Origin: Eledone cirrhosa | Lineage: Eukaryota | Assembly: GCA_964016885.1 (NCBI GenBank) | Contig: OZ024743.1 | Location: 312,356,001-312,420,000 of the forward strand | DNA length: 64,000 nt | Direction: 5' to 3' | Part shown: in pieces, positions 40,690 through 52,636 of the stretch | Layout of the letters: the number at the start of each line of letters is the position of its first letter | Numbering within the stretch: position 1 is the stretch's first letter | The notes under the pieces: model-generated | Told to the model about the DNA's origin: nothing | The model's database searches: none | The model's input: only the letters and a program-made list of their open reading frames with translations | Made by a program: the position numbers and the translations under genes

Positions 40690-42589
40690 AGTCAGAGATA
40701 ACCCAGTTTCCTGGGATGCCTTCTCCTAGAAAAATGCCCTGACAAGGGCTAGGGGTCCATCACTCCCACTGCGCGATCGGGTATCCAGCCCAATTATTTC
40801 TATGTCCCCGCGCGCAAAATAAAAATGTGTATGCATGATAAAACATGATAAAATGATTGTAGTGATGGAGGTTGTGATATAATATCTGCAATTGAGTCTC
40901 TCCCTCTTTATGCTTCTGTCCTTTCCCTTCTTTCATTACACTTTCCTCTATTATTAATCATCTCTCCTATCATTGTACTATGTCACATGAGTAATGAGGA
41001 ATAGCATTGGATCAGTCCATATTCAACACTGACTACCATCAACCTTTATCACAACCTCTCCCCAAAATAGATAAAGGGTGATGGAAGGTAAGATAGAATA
41101 TGGACTAATGATGAAAAGGATGATGATGAACTAAATGGAAATTTAACATTATATATGTCTTTTTATGCTAAACTTCACCTCAAAAAATGCATGGATTCAA
41201 ATGGGGATCACTCAGAACATGTACTTTAACTCTTGACAGAAACGTTAGAAGATAGGGAATTTTTAATGTTATTTTTAATGGTTTGAACTAAATCTATTTG
41301 GAATTTTATCAGTGTATGTCAAAAAATTAATAAAGCAGAGAAAAATAAAAATTTGGCCATTTTTTTTGTTTGTTTTAGTCACCCTACATATGCATTGCAG
41401 TCAACATAAGATTTTTAGGAGGTTTGGAGAAGGAATGAACTAGTAAACTATATGCATCTAAAATAATGACTCCAAGAAATAATAGATCAAATGCTCTAAT
41501 GGTTTACTATCTAAACTATAATAAAGTAAGGAGTGCGGGACTGCGTACAGATTATTTCTTTTAATCAGTTAGTAAAATAAGTTGGATTACTTTGAATAAA
41601 TAATGAATGAATATTACATCATTGATGTACTAAATTAAATTTAATATAAATAATTTTATTGCTTATTTAAAATTGACTCCTTTACAAAGTTTCAAATTTC
41701 TACACTTCCGGTATATCACCGCCACCACCACCACCACCACTTCAACTACCATATATATAGAAAGAGAGAGTGTGTGATGAGAGAGATACAGATAGAGTTA
41801 TTATGATTTTTTACACGCTGAAGCATATCTATGTGTATGTGCACCTACATACATCTGTATGTATGAGTATATAACTATTATGAGTATATAATTATAATTG
41901 CGCGAACACAAACTTATAAAAATACACGCTCAAGGACATACATTCACACACATACAGTCAAGATAGCAGCATTCGGTGAATTGTAAATGGGAGGGTAAAA
42001 CAAATATAATATTTTATTCATTCATTAACTCTTTTTTTAAAAACTCATTTAATATAATGGTTACAGAACGAAAACACTAACAAATATAATATATACAAAG
42101 GAAAGGGAAAGGAAAAAAGAAAGAGGAAAAAATACACAAGCACGTAATACACACATCTAAGATCACATAGGCTGGATAATTTATTTAGTTAACAGAACAT
42201 GGTATTTTAGGATTTTGTTCCATTCAGCTGCGGATGCTGTAGCTCTCGCCCTTACCGCTGCATCCAGGATGTGGGAAGAAGCAAAAGAATCATTAACTGT
42301 GACGTCCCAGATAAGGTACCTGCCTCTTGACCAGGAGCACAGAGTAAGAACATCAAATCTTTTCCCATCAATTCAGGACAACCCAGACGGTTCCAAAATT
42401 GAGGGGATGTTTGCCTAGGCCAAAGCTCTTAAGTGGTAATAGGACAGTGTGTGTATGTGCGCGCGTGTGAGTTTGTCGGCGTTCTTAAATTAGAGACATG
42501 TATCACTATTTTTAAGTTAGACATATGTATGTGTGTATCCCTTTCCTTCCCTTTACACACACATACATTCACACAAACACAAATACACA

Positions 42590-43140
42590 TTGCGTGATGG
42601 ACGGGTGGACAGAAGTTGCTCAAATTTATATACATGTGAATGGAGTTCTACTGAAGCAGTTAGAGAAGTTCAAGTATCTTGTAGCCGTGTTCATGAGTAA
42701 TGGAATGCAAGAGGCTGAATTAAGTGCAAGAATTGCAAAAGCTGATGCAGTAATGCGCCAGCCTCAGCATTCAGCAATCAGAAGAAGAGGGATAGGTGTA
42801 AAAGCCAAACTCGCTGACTTCCTGGTATTCCTGCCAACTCTTACCGAGGATCATGAATCTTGAGTAATGACCAAAAGAATACAATTGCAAATAAAAGTGG
42901 CAGAAATAGGATTCCTCCGAAGGGTCTTTGGAGTAACGTTACTCGATAAAGTACATAACTCAGAGACCAGAGAATCACTCCTGGTAGAGCCACTACTTCT
43001 TCGAATTGAGAGATCACAACTCCGATATTATGAGCATGTGTTTAGAATGTCTCAGTAGTTGGATAACATCCATGAGTTTGGCTGGTCACGCTTTGGGATC
43101 CAGCTGGATCAGTTAGAGATGTTTGCTACTGACAGACTCG
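42590..43140 (+). mobile_element. RTE (Rex3/Expander-like) 3' fragment
   Basis: LKQLEKFKYL, AEIGFLRRVFGVTLLDKVHNSETRESLLVEPLLLRIERSQLRYYEHVFRM. Confidence 0.85.
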
Positions 43141-43459
43141 CTGGAAGGAGTGTTTGAGAAAGAAGGACTATGCCTCCATGCCTCTCTCAGAAATAAGTGG
43201 GTGAAGATATTGTCAATTTACTTTTCAATTTACATATATCTATATGCATATATATTTGCGTATAATACCAATATGCACACTACATATGCTAGCAGAAAAC
43301 TGCCGCGTGGGCGGTTTTTCTGCTAGTAGGCATAAGGTCTAAACAACTAAATCATTACTGAATGTAGAAACTAATCAAATATTATAGTAGTAAGCTGGAC
43401 AGATGATTATAAACAGTGATGATAAAGAGATTATTAGTGTTTTTGTTACCAACCCAACT

Positions 43460-43715
43460 CATCATCATTTTTACATGCATTTTTCCACACTCGCATGGGT
43501 TGGACAGGTCCTTTTCAGCACAGCATTTCTCCACTCATCACCCCTGTGAATCTCAGTGACTTGAAATCAGCTCTCTCCACCTCTGTCCAGTTCTTTTTTG
43601 GTCTACCTCTGCTGGGATTTCTTGGCACTTCTTTACCCAGTGATCATCATCTATGTGCATCACATGTCTATACCAATGCAGTCTTCTCTCTTGCACACCA
43701 CTTAGGATTCCTCTT
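43460..43715 (-). mobile_element. RTE 3' fragment
   Basis: VQERRLHWYRHVMHIDDDHWVKKC and tail. Confidence 0.75.
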
Positions 43716-43934
43716 CTCAATCCATACCAGATACAAAAATCAATTCCCCTACCATAGTAATTCAAAGGAACTGAATATTCTATCCACCTTCAATGTACTC
43801 ATCACCAAATTTTCCATACACCAAAATAAATCTAACTACAAATTTGTTCAAACATACCCAACAAAGCCACAGCAAGAGATAAGTAGATGATAGCGATCAT
43901 GAGATTAAATTTAATTAAAGTTTCATAAACATAC

Positions 43935-44226
43935 CGTCACTGTGGGTGAATTACCAACACCAGAATCACACAAGTTTCCTTTCTTCCATCCCGAAGCCAG
44001 TTCGGATCTTTTCTGGACACGAAGAAAGAGTGCTTTCTTAGAAAGTTGTTCATTAATAGGCGGCTGAGAAACAACATTCTGAACTGAAGGAGTTGAAAAT
44101 TGAACTGTCTGTACTAAATTTCCTGCTTCCTCGTTTTCAGAAATAGAATTCGGGGAAGAAATTTGAGTAGGAATTTCAGATAACTTATCAACCATATCAG
44201 AAACATTGTCACCACTAATACTCTGC
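43935..44226 (-). CDS. BTB protein exon 3 (QSISGDNV...LASGWKKGNLCDSGVGNSPTVT)
   Basis: TTTCAG and GTATGT, 292 nt, phase 2-0, open; end resembles the end of exon 6. Confidence 0.75.
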
Positions 44227-44341
44227 CTGAAATACATTGAAATAAAAAAAGTAAAAAAAAAAAAAGAGATTATGGAAAAACAAAAACCCCAGAAAAGTGA
44301 TGACAAAAACAACTTATCCATCAGTGAAGGCTTTTTCATAC

Positions 44342-44499
44342 TTATATTTCTTCCTGGCATTCTGTTTCTGTTTTGTTTGGTTGGAGGTAGCTGGAGATGG
44401 TGAATATGGGCTCCTAAGTGTAGGCACTGTGCCAGATGTGGACCGCTTCTTTTTGCTAGGTATTTCATTTTCATTTAACTCAGGTTCTGATGTAGCAAC
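44342..44499 (-). CDS. BTB protein exon 2 (VATSEPELNENEIPSKKKRS...ARKKY), NLS-like
   Basis: TATAG and GTATGA, 158 nt, phase 0-2, 115-nt intron to exon 3, open frame. Confidence 0.7.
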
Positions 44500-45019
44500 C
44501 TATAATAGCAATGGAAGTAACTGATAAAAAAGATCATCATCATCATTTAACATCTATTTTTCCATGTTTGGAAGGGTTAGATAGGTTGTCAAACACATTA
44601 CTGAATATATGTAATATATATTTTGCCTAAGCACAATTTTCAGGATTAGAACTCTGAAACTTCATCATCATTGTCATTTACTGTCTGATAGCAAGGGTTA
44701 GATGAATCATAACAGACAAAGTCAATGCATAAACTGGAGGCCAGCATCTTGCTTATAGTGTACAGGGTGCATTTGTTTGGGGCACCAGCACATGTGAGGT
44801 TATCATGTCCTTAACACAACTGAGATTTCTCTTAAATCTATATTTGGCAGGTTTACTACAGTTAAATGCCCTTCCTAACACCATATAACAACCAACTATA
44901 ATATACCATGTATATTAATAAATCTTTACAAACACAAATACACATACACAATGCATTTTGTCATCTTTGTTCTGATCAGAACAAGAGACATAGAGAAGCA
45001 AGAATTGTTAGTGAAATGG

Positions 45020-45430
45020 CTACCACAGTTTGGGAGCTGCAATCACGTTTAGAGTGTGGAACTGGATGGCACCTCTATGAGGAGAGACAAGCCAGTTGGC
45101 CTTGCCAAACCTTTCCCACAGCAGACCCCCAGTTCAGGTGCCACATGGCAGTGCTATGAGGAGGGACAGGACAGTCAACTATGCCGAACCCTTCTTACAG
45201 TGGAACTAGTTAGTGTTGCAACCACGTCTACAGTGTGGAACTGGATGGCACTGCTACGTGAAGGGAAAAGCCTGTTGGCCACGCCAAAGCCTTCTCACAA
45301 TGGAACCACAGTTTGGGAGCCTGGAACTGGATAGTACCACTATGAGGAGGGACAGGCCAGTTAGCCGCACCAAACCCTTCTTACAGCGCAAGTGCTGGCT
45401 GCACTGAACCCTTCTCACAGCGGAACTATA
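45020..45430. repeat. Degenerate GC-richer tandem repeat
   Basis: Recurring GGAACTGGATGGCAC..TATGAGGAGGGACAG..CCAAACCCTTCT.ACAG units. Confidence 0.6.
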
Positions 45431-45782
45431 GTTTATGAGGTCACTCCAAACTGTTTTAAAGACAGCAGGACACATTGGATATTGTTTTTCTAAATAAACT
45501 GGAAAAAGTAAATATAAAAAAACCTGGCGGACCATGACAGCTGGAAATGGGAGAGCTAGACTATAAATCTATTAATGTTCCATCAAAGCTGACTTCAGAG
45601 CTAACCAAAAATAAAAATCACGTTCAGTATACATGCCTGACGCTGTATGATAAACACTCCCTCGTGAATATATCATAGGACAGACAAGGGGCAGACGGAG
45701 GCTCCATACACTGCAGTGTAGGCAACCCGCCTAGGAGAGCTACCACTCCGAATAAATTGGTGCGGGGTAGAGAAGTCATCTA

Positions 45783-47265
45783 AGTCCAGTAAGACAACTT
45801 CCCTAGTGCTGGTGGCACGAATAAAAGTACCTAGTCCATGCTGTAAAATGGAGGGGTAAAGAGGGCTCTTGAGTCCAGTAAGACAACCTCTCTAGTGCTG
45901 GTGGCACGAATAAAAGCACCCAGTCCATGCTGTAAAGTGGTGCTGGTGTTAGGAAGGGCATCCAACCAGTATATATACTACTGCCAAAAACTATGAGCAG
46001 AACAAATGAGAATTTCAACTGTCTAAACAGCAATAACACTAACCGTGTTAGGGCTGTGCACGGTAGTGGGGTGGCTGGTGCGGCCATGTGCGAGAACCCC
46101 CGGACTGTCATCAAGCAATCACACAACAACATCTGCGTAAACACCAATAATACTAACCATGTTAGGGCTGCGCACGATAGTGGGTGGCTGGTGATGCCAT
46201 GTGCGAGAACCCCCCGACCGTCATCAAGCAATCGCACTACAGGAAAAAGAACAAGAATATGAAGGCGTCACATCTCAGAGTTGCCACACTTAATGTTGGC
46301 ACTCTAACAGGTAGATCTGGTGAAATAGCGGAGATGCTGGAGAGAAGGCATGTGGATGTATGCTGCGTGCAAGAGGTGAGATGGAGAGGTGTCTCTGCAA
46401 GACTAATCACAGGCAAACATCTTAGTTATAAGCTTTTCTGGGTGGGTAATGATGATGGGTTAGGTGGGGTAGGCATATTACTGACTGAGAGATGGATCGA
46501 TAGACAATAGAGGTAGTTCGAGTTAGTAATAGAATAATTAAGCTTAGATTAGTTGTAGGCAAGAGACTACTGACAATCATCTCTGCCTATGCTCCCCAGG
46601 CAGGCCTAGGTAAAGAAGAGAAAGACTGCTTTTATGAGCAACTTTTACAAACAGCCTCAATGACAGAGGACGGAGACATTGTTATGCTAGCAGCGGACTT
46701 CAATGGTCATATTGGACAGCTCCAGGATGGTTACACTGGGGTACATGGTGGGCACGGTTACGGCTCAAGAAATGAAGGAGTGAAGCTTCTTGAATTTTGT
46801 GATGCAAGTCATCATCATCATCATCATCATCTGCACTAACCATTTGCAACACTAACTTCCAGAAACCTACCAACCACCTAATAACCTACAAATCAGGTGA
46901 GCACATAACCCAGATTGACTTCCTGCTAGTTAGACAGCGAGACAGACAGATGGTGTCAAATACTAAGGCATACCCAGGGGAAGAGTATACCCCACAGCAT
47001 AGGTTAATCGTTAGTGACATCTCAGTAAGCAAGAGAAAGAATGAGACATACAGGAAGATGTGGAAAAGAAAGGTCTGGAAGCTAAAAAGCCTTTCACTAA
47101 AATATAAATTTAGGAAAGCCCTTCAAGATGTGCATGACGAAAAAGAAGACAATTTAGAGTCATATGACATAGATAATAACTGGAATTTCGTACGTGACAG
47201 CTTACTGCAGGCTACTGAAGAAACTTGTGGCTGGGGCAGAGCTTCAACCAGACAGAGAGTGACCG
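45783..47265 (+). mobile_element. 3'-truncated RTE LINE, family C (5' UTR + APE)
   Basis: Reverse complement of about 36900-38170; ORF 46184-46510 ATLNVGTL, CVQEVRW. Confidence 0.92.
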
Positions 47266-47287
47266 CTAGCCACGTGATGATTCTTAC

Positions 47288-47380
47288 CCCTTTTGAATTC
47301 ATTTCTGACGGCGATCGCTGTAGAAATGTTAGTCCTCTTGAGAAGCTTGAAGCCTCATGGATAATACCAGGATTGGACAT
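47288..47380 (-). CDS. BTB protein probable first coding exon (MSNPGIIHEASSFSRGLTFLQRSPSEMNSKG)
   Basis: ATG at 47380 after an in-frame TAG; GTAAGA donor in phase 0 matching exon 2; non-repetitive sequence. Confidence 0.6.
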
Positions 47381-47488
47381 ATCCACAAAGTACGAGCGAA
47401 ACTATCGACAGTCGGGACTAGAAGAACTTTGGTTAAGTTTATATACATTTTTTCTTCAAACTTGCATTTTAGACTTAGCTCCGTTTAA

Positions 47489-47698
47489 CCCTTTAATGTT
47501 CAAACCAGCCAAAATTCTTTACCTCTTTCTGTTGTAACTGGCTGTAACCGGTCGCTCAAACTGATGTTAAGATATTGTTCTCAAAATAAATATTTTCAAA
47601 ATCTCATAGATTTGATATTATGTGAGATAATTATGCGAGGTAAAGCCTTTACCATGAAAATATAATAGTATATATAGAGTAATGTAAATGCTAAAGAG
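47489..47698. mobile_element. piggyBac-type MITE with TTAA duplication
   Basis: TTAA|CCCTTTAATGTT...AAATGCTAAAGAG|TTAA; empty-site paralog at about 47820-47910. Confidence 0.75.
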
Positions 47699-47924
47699 TT
47701 AATTGATTATTTGTCTAGTTAATTTCTACGGGCTAAGAATGACTCGGTAAATTTTATCTGACTGTTCCTCACAGGGGATAGTCTGTGACATTTATCTGCT
47801 ATTTCTTCAAAGTTACATTTTAAACTTAGCTCCGTTTAAATGATTATTTATCTAGTTAATTTCTAGACTAAGGGGAAGAAAAATTGGATATATTTTGTCT
47901 GACTGTTCTTCAAACTTATAATTT

Positions 47925-47987
<63 letters not shown>

Positions 47988-48445
47988 GAAGTATTTCTGT
48001 CGGAAAGGTACAGGAAAAAAGAGTGCTCTATGTAGGCTACAGAGCTTATTAGTTATGTAATAAACAACATAAGATAATTATTTCATTTACCAGTGGTTTC
48101 TTGAAGGCAGATGTTATGTCTGTCTTGAGTCATACAAACAACTTAAAATTAAACAAATACACACGATATGTATATATATATACCTATACACAGATACAAA
48201 CACACACACATATATCTATATATATAAAAATAAATATAAATACATATATATACTTTCCAGGATAACTTGAACCGTTAAGGTATATTATCCTTGGTTATGT
48301 CAAATATTTATAAAACATTTTGTATTTTATCTGATGATAGCATACCAAAATTTTAGTACCCTTGAAATATGTATAATAGAATAAATATGGGTTTATAAAT
48401 ATAGTTTCCATTTATTTAATATCATTGTATACATATATAGATATA

Positions 48446-48519
<74 letters not shown>

Positions 48520-48705
48520 TAAACGGAATAGAAAATGCTGACAAATTGTTCACAGTTGAAAAATGGTTTAATTAGGAATAAAAGAGTATTAGTGATTGTA
48601 TGGGTTAGTATTCAGTTGTGGTTTTAAGTTTTTAAGTTTTTAACGGTTGCGCATTTCTAAATGCTTTTCAAAAATAATTTTGAGATAGAGTGTCCGTGCT
48701 GTTTG

Positions 48706-48744
<39 letters not shown>

Positions 48745-48746
<2 letters not shown>

Positions 48747-49085
48747 TCATTCATCATCATTTCATTTTACGTCCGCTTTTTCCCTGCTTGCAAGGGTGGG
48801 ACGGGAACTCATTCTGGCTTGATTTCTACAGCCGGATGCCCTTCCTAACACCAACCTCATTTACAGTGAGTGCTGGGTGCTTTTTTTGCCGTGGCACCTC
48901 CACGACCACTTTGCAGTGGAATGATAGGGACTGGGGTCCCTATCATCTCATTTCTACAGCTGAGTAAACTGGAGCAATGTGAAATAAAGTGTCTTGCTCA
49001 AGGAAACAACACATCACCCGGTCTGAGAATTGAACTCACCCTTCGCTTGCAAGACCAATGCTCTAACCACTAAGCCATGTGCCTC
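48745..49085 (-). mobile_element. Composite tRNA-SINE with RTE-type tail
   Basis: Same layout as 33841-34250. Confidence 0.8.
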
Positions 49086-49147
49086 CACAAAATATTTCCC
49101 AAATTTTGCTTTCAAATCCATATTTAATAAAAACACCATGTTATTTA

Positions 49148-49208
49148 TTCATTCTGATGACTGAAGACAGACATAACATCTGCCTTCAAGAAACCACTGG
49201 TAAATGAA
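49148..49208 (+). ncRNA. Type I hammerhead ribozyme fold
   Basis: TTCATT-CTGATGA-CTGAAGACAGA..TCTGCCTTCAA-GAAA-CCACTGG-TA-AATGAA; truncated inverted copy at 48063-48133. Confidence 0.6.
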
Positions 49209-49241
49209 ATAATTATCTTATGTTGTTACTATATATATATA

Positions 49242-50112
49242 CTAGTAGTGGTACGCGGTGTTGCACGGGATAAGGTATTTTGAAACGCTGCATGCCTAGA
49301 CAATATATAAAGAAAATAAACTGAATACTCTGATGGCTGGATAATCTTTAAGATTTTACTCGATGAAGCAGGAAAAATGCAGGTTTTCACTTAATGCAGG
49401 CCCTAGAGGATCAAGAAAATGAATTTCTTTTATGTGCATAATATGCCTTGATATTTCGGGAAAATCGGCTAGACGAAACGCCTCAAAAGAAGCCCTAAAA
49501 AGTTGAAAAAATGAAGCCATAAAAAAGTTGGATTTTCTTTGCTCACATTATGAAGAAGAGACTGACTAATACATAGTTACAATTTCAAAGAAATCAGTCT
49601 GACGTAACGCCTCAAAAAACCCCATAAAAACCTAAAAAAACGCAGTTTTTCACCTAATGCTGTCCCTAGGGGATCACAAAGTTGAATTTTTTATGTGCAT
49701 AACACTCCCTGAAACATAAGTAATACACATGTAAAGTTTGAAAAAAGTCGGTTGGGTATTTCTCAAGATTTAGGAATTCAAAATCACAGACACACACACA
49801 GAGACAGACATCCTCAGGGAAGTGACGTAATGCAGACAGCCAGACATACAAACAGATATTATAAGGGCGCGGCGTTATATGTATGTATCTATCTAAAAAG
49901 AGAAAGACTAAGAATTATAGAGAGAGATCGCTAAATCACCTAATGCGGTCCCTAGGGCATTGAAAATTTGAAATGTTTTTGCTCAGAACACTACCTGAAA
50001 CATAAGTATTACATGTGTAAAGTTTGAAAACAGTCGGTTGGGTGGTTCTCTAGTTTTAGGGATTCAAACTCACACACACACAGACAGACATCCTCAGTTT
50101 TATATATATAGA
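49242..50112 (-). mobile_element. Non-autonomous Helitron with internal tandem duplications
   Basis: A|CTAG+hairpin at left, TATAGA|T at right; shares blocks with 22080-22390 and 23550-23779. Confidence 0.65.
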
Positions 50113-50559
50113 TAATAGGAATTCAGATTTATATATGATGCAACCGGTACTAGCAGTGAAACTCATGCTAGTCCTGTCAACTTATTATATATATATATAT
50201 ATATAGTTGTGTGTGTATGTGCTATTATTTTATGTTCGCTTTCTATGCTAGCATGGTTTGGCCTGGTTGGCACTGTCCAGGATTTGATTGGTTCCATAAC
50301 ATTTAGCACATACTTAGCATGGTTTCTATGGCTGGGTGCATTTATTCTATCATGGCACCAACATTAGAGAGGTTATCAAGTACTCAACAGAGCCAGAGGA
50401 TCATCTCTACTTGGTCTGTTCATCCACCACTTTACAAATGAGGTGCATACCTAGTGTTCCATCATGACAACACTATAGAGGTTATCTAATATTCTGACGA
50501 CTAAACAGTGTCTCTTTACTCCTTGTGGTCTCATAGCATTTACTTTTAGCTTCACAGTG

Positions 50560-51220
50560 TTAGTACCTGTTAGTGGGGCTTGTCTTTTCTAGTTCAGCCA
50601 GTTGACATTCAACACAATCTTGTGTCATCTCTTTCATAAGGTCATTCTTCAAACTTTTTCCCATATCATCATTGGTCTACCTCTGCCACAGGTTCTGGCT
50701 GCTTCAAGCACTTGGAACTTTTCCTATATAACTCTCACTCCCCTTCCATGTCACAAGACCATACCAGGGTAATTATCTCGCTTGCATGCTATATTTGATT
50801 TCTCTAATACTCAGCGTTTTTCTCAGTTCACTTATGTTCTATCTTCAAGTTCACTAACATTATGCATCCAATAAAACAAGGTGCCTCATTTTTTTTAGCT
50901 GTCGTGTATCTTCTACATTCAATGCTCACGCCTCACTACCATGCAGCAAAGCAGTTTGAACACTAGCATCATATACACTTCCTGGGAACTGTTAGCAACA
51001 AAAGGCTTGTTCCACTCTGTTCTAACTAAAGCTACAATACTTTCAGTATATTTACCTCCACTACTAATCAGATCATCTAGATAACAAGTTTTCTATTTAT
51101 AGTGAACATTTAAGTAAGTTTATTTCTTGAGTACCCTTACTGTTGACTACTACTGAGCACACGTCACATATGAAGTCTATCTTCCTTGTCAGCCTACCTT
51201 TGAGCCCACAACACTTGTGC
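50560..51220 (-). mobile_element. Old RTE 3' fragment
   Basis: Decayed similarity to 35000-35560. Confidence 0.6.
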
Positions 51221-51719
51221 ATGCTTTCATGCATTCTCCACTTCTATGCATTTTTCTTTTCAATCATACATTTACATGTGTGCATGCAGTATTTCTCCGG
51301 TATTAGCATGTTGAATTTTAGATTTACTATTCTATTTCCGGTTTCTTCAGTTTCATTGAATCCTGTTAATCTAGTGAATGGTGCAATTCACACTAAAAAT
51401 ATTTGACACATTTCGTGGGGCTCTGGAAATGAAAAAGTACCCCAAATAGAGGGGCCATGGTGGTATAACTAGAGTTTAGTGTCTCCACTCCAGCCCAAAT
51501 TCGCTTCCTTGTTTCTTTCTTAATGATGTATATTTTTTAAAGAAATTTTGCGGATACATCTTCAAAGATGTAAATTAAGATGTTGTTGAAGTAATTTTTG
51601 GTATTATTATAGAACATACCACTCGATTTCAGTGGGAGAAAATTCTTTCTCCTCGTGTTTTTTTATGTGCTTATCAACTAATCTAGCCTCCAAGAAGTTT
51701 GCAATCAATTTGTTTCCCC

Positions 51720-52059
51720 ATATATTACTTACAGACCGTACTAACGAAGTTAAACACTTCAGAAGCAATGTTATGCAGTATATTGCTGCGTTTCAGATGA
51801 TGTTCTTTGGAGCTAAAAAAAAAATGATACTATGGTTATTTCACATTTAAAATCCAAGGCCAATGCTACCATTTAATCAGCAGTTTACTCTCCCAGCCTA
51901 ATAAGGAAGTTTTATGATTTTTTTTGTTTGTTTTGTCTAACACACACTCACACATTATGGCCTCATCTCATACCACACAACACATCCAATACAGTCGTTT
52001 TCTCTTTTATCCATCTTCTCTTAACTATTCTCCCGGGCGAAGCCGGGTACTTCAGCTAG
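51720..52059 (+). mobile_element. Helitron 3' part
   Basis: CCCGGGCGAAGCCGGG hairpin and CTAG|T; similar to 4310-4641. Confidence 0.7.
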
Positions 52060-52600
52060 TAGAAGAAGAATAGAAAGTAAAGAGTGATGAGAGGAAGGAA
52101 CGGGGAAAATGAGGGTCGATTGCAAGCATCTAATAGGTGCAGAAAAAAAGGAAAGATAATTATTTCCACCCCTCTGTTCTCCGGGGAAAAAAATTGGTTG
52201 CCAGCATCTTGGAGGTTAGATCAATTGATAGCACAAGAAAGAAAAAAAAAGAGAAAAATGTTGGCACTACAACGCTATTAGCTGTCAGTCGAAGCAGCCG
52301 ATGAAAGCAAAACATCGTTTATTTCCGTATTACTACCACGCGTAAGTGGAGTTACTTAAATGAAACATTTTTTTTCACGCGTTTTTTTATTTTTTTTTTT
52401 TATTAAAGCATATATATGTAAGTGGAGTTAGTTAAATGAAAATATAGGTGGCCCTTAAAAGGACCAAATTAGAATATACCGCTGCGTTTTTACAGTTTTA
52501 CTAGTTACACATACATACACAATATATCCCCTCCAAAATATATACACACTTTGATTACTTTGCTGTTGAAGTGTGTATACATTTTTTGGGACACTGTGTT

Positions 52601-52636
<36 letters not shown>

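Noticed and set aside
44227-44474. N-terminal part of ORF 43923-44474
   Set aside because: Reads through a T-rich intron in a different frame from exon 2; the spliced model fits better.
46950-47537. 195-aa plus-strand ORF as a LINE-host fusion
   Set aside because: Truncated LINE reading on into the antisense of the BTB start exon and a MITE.
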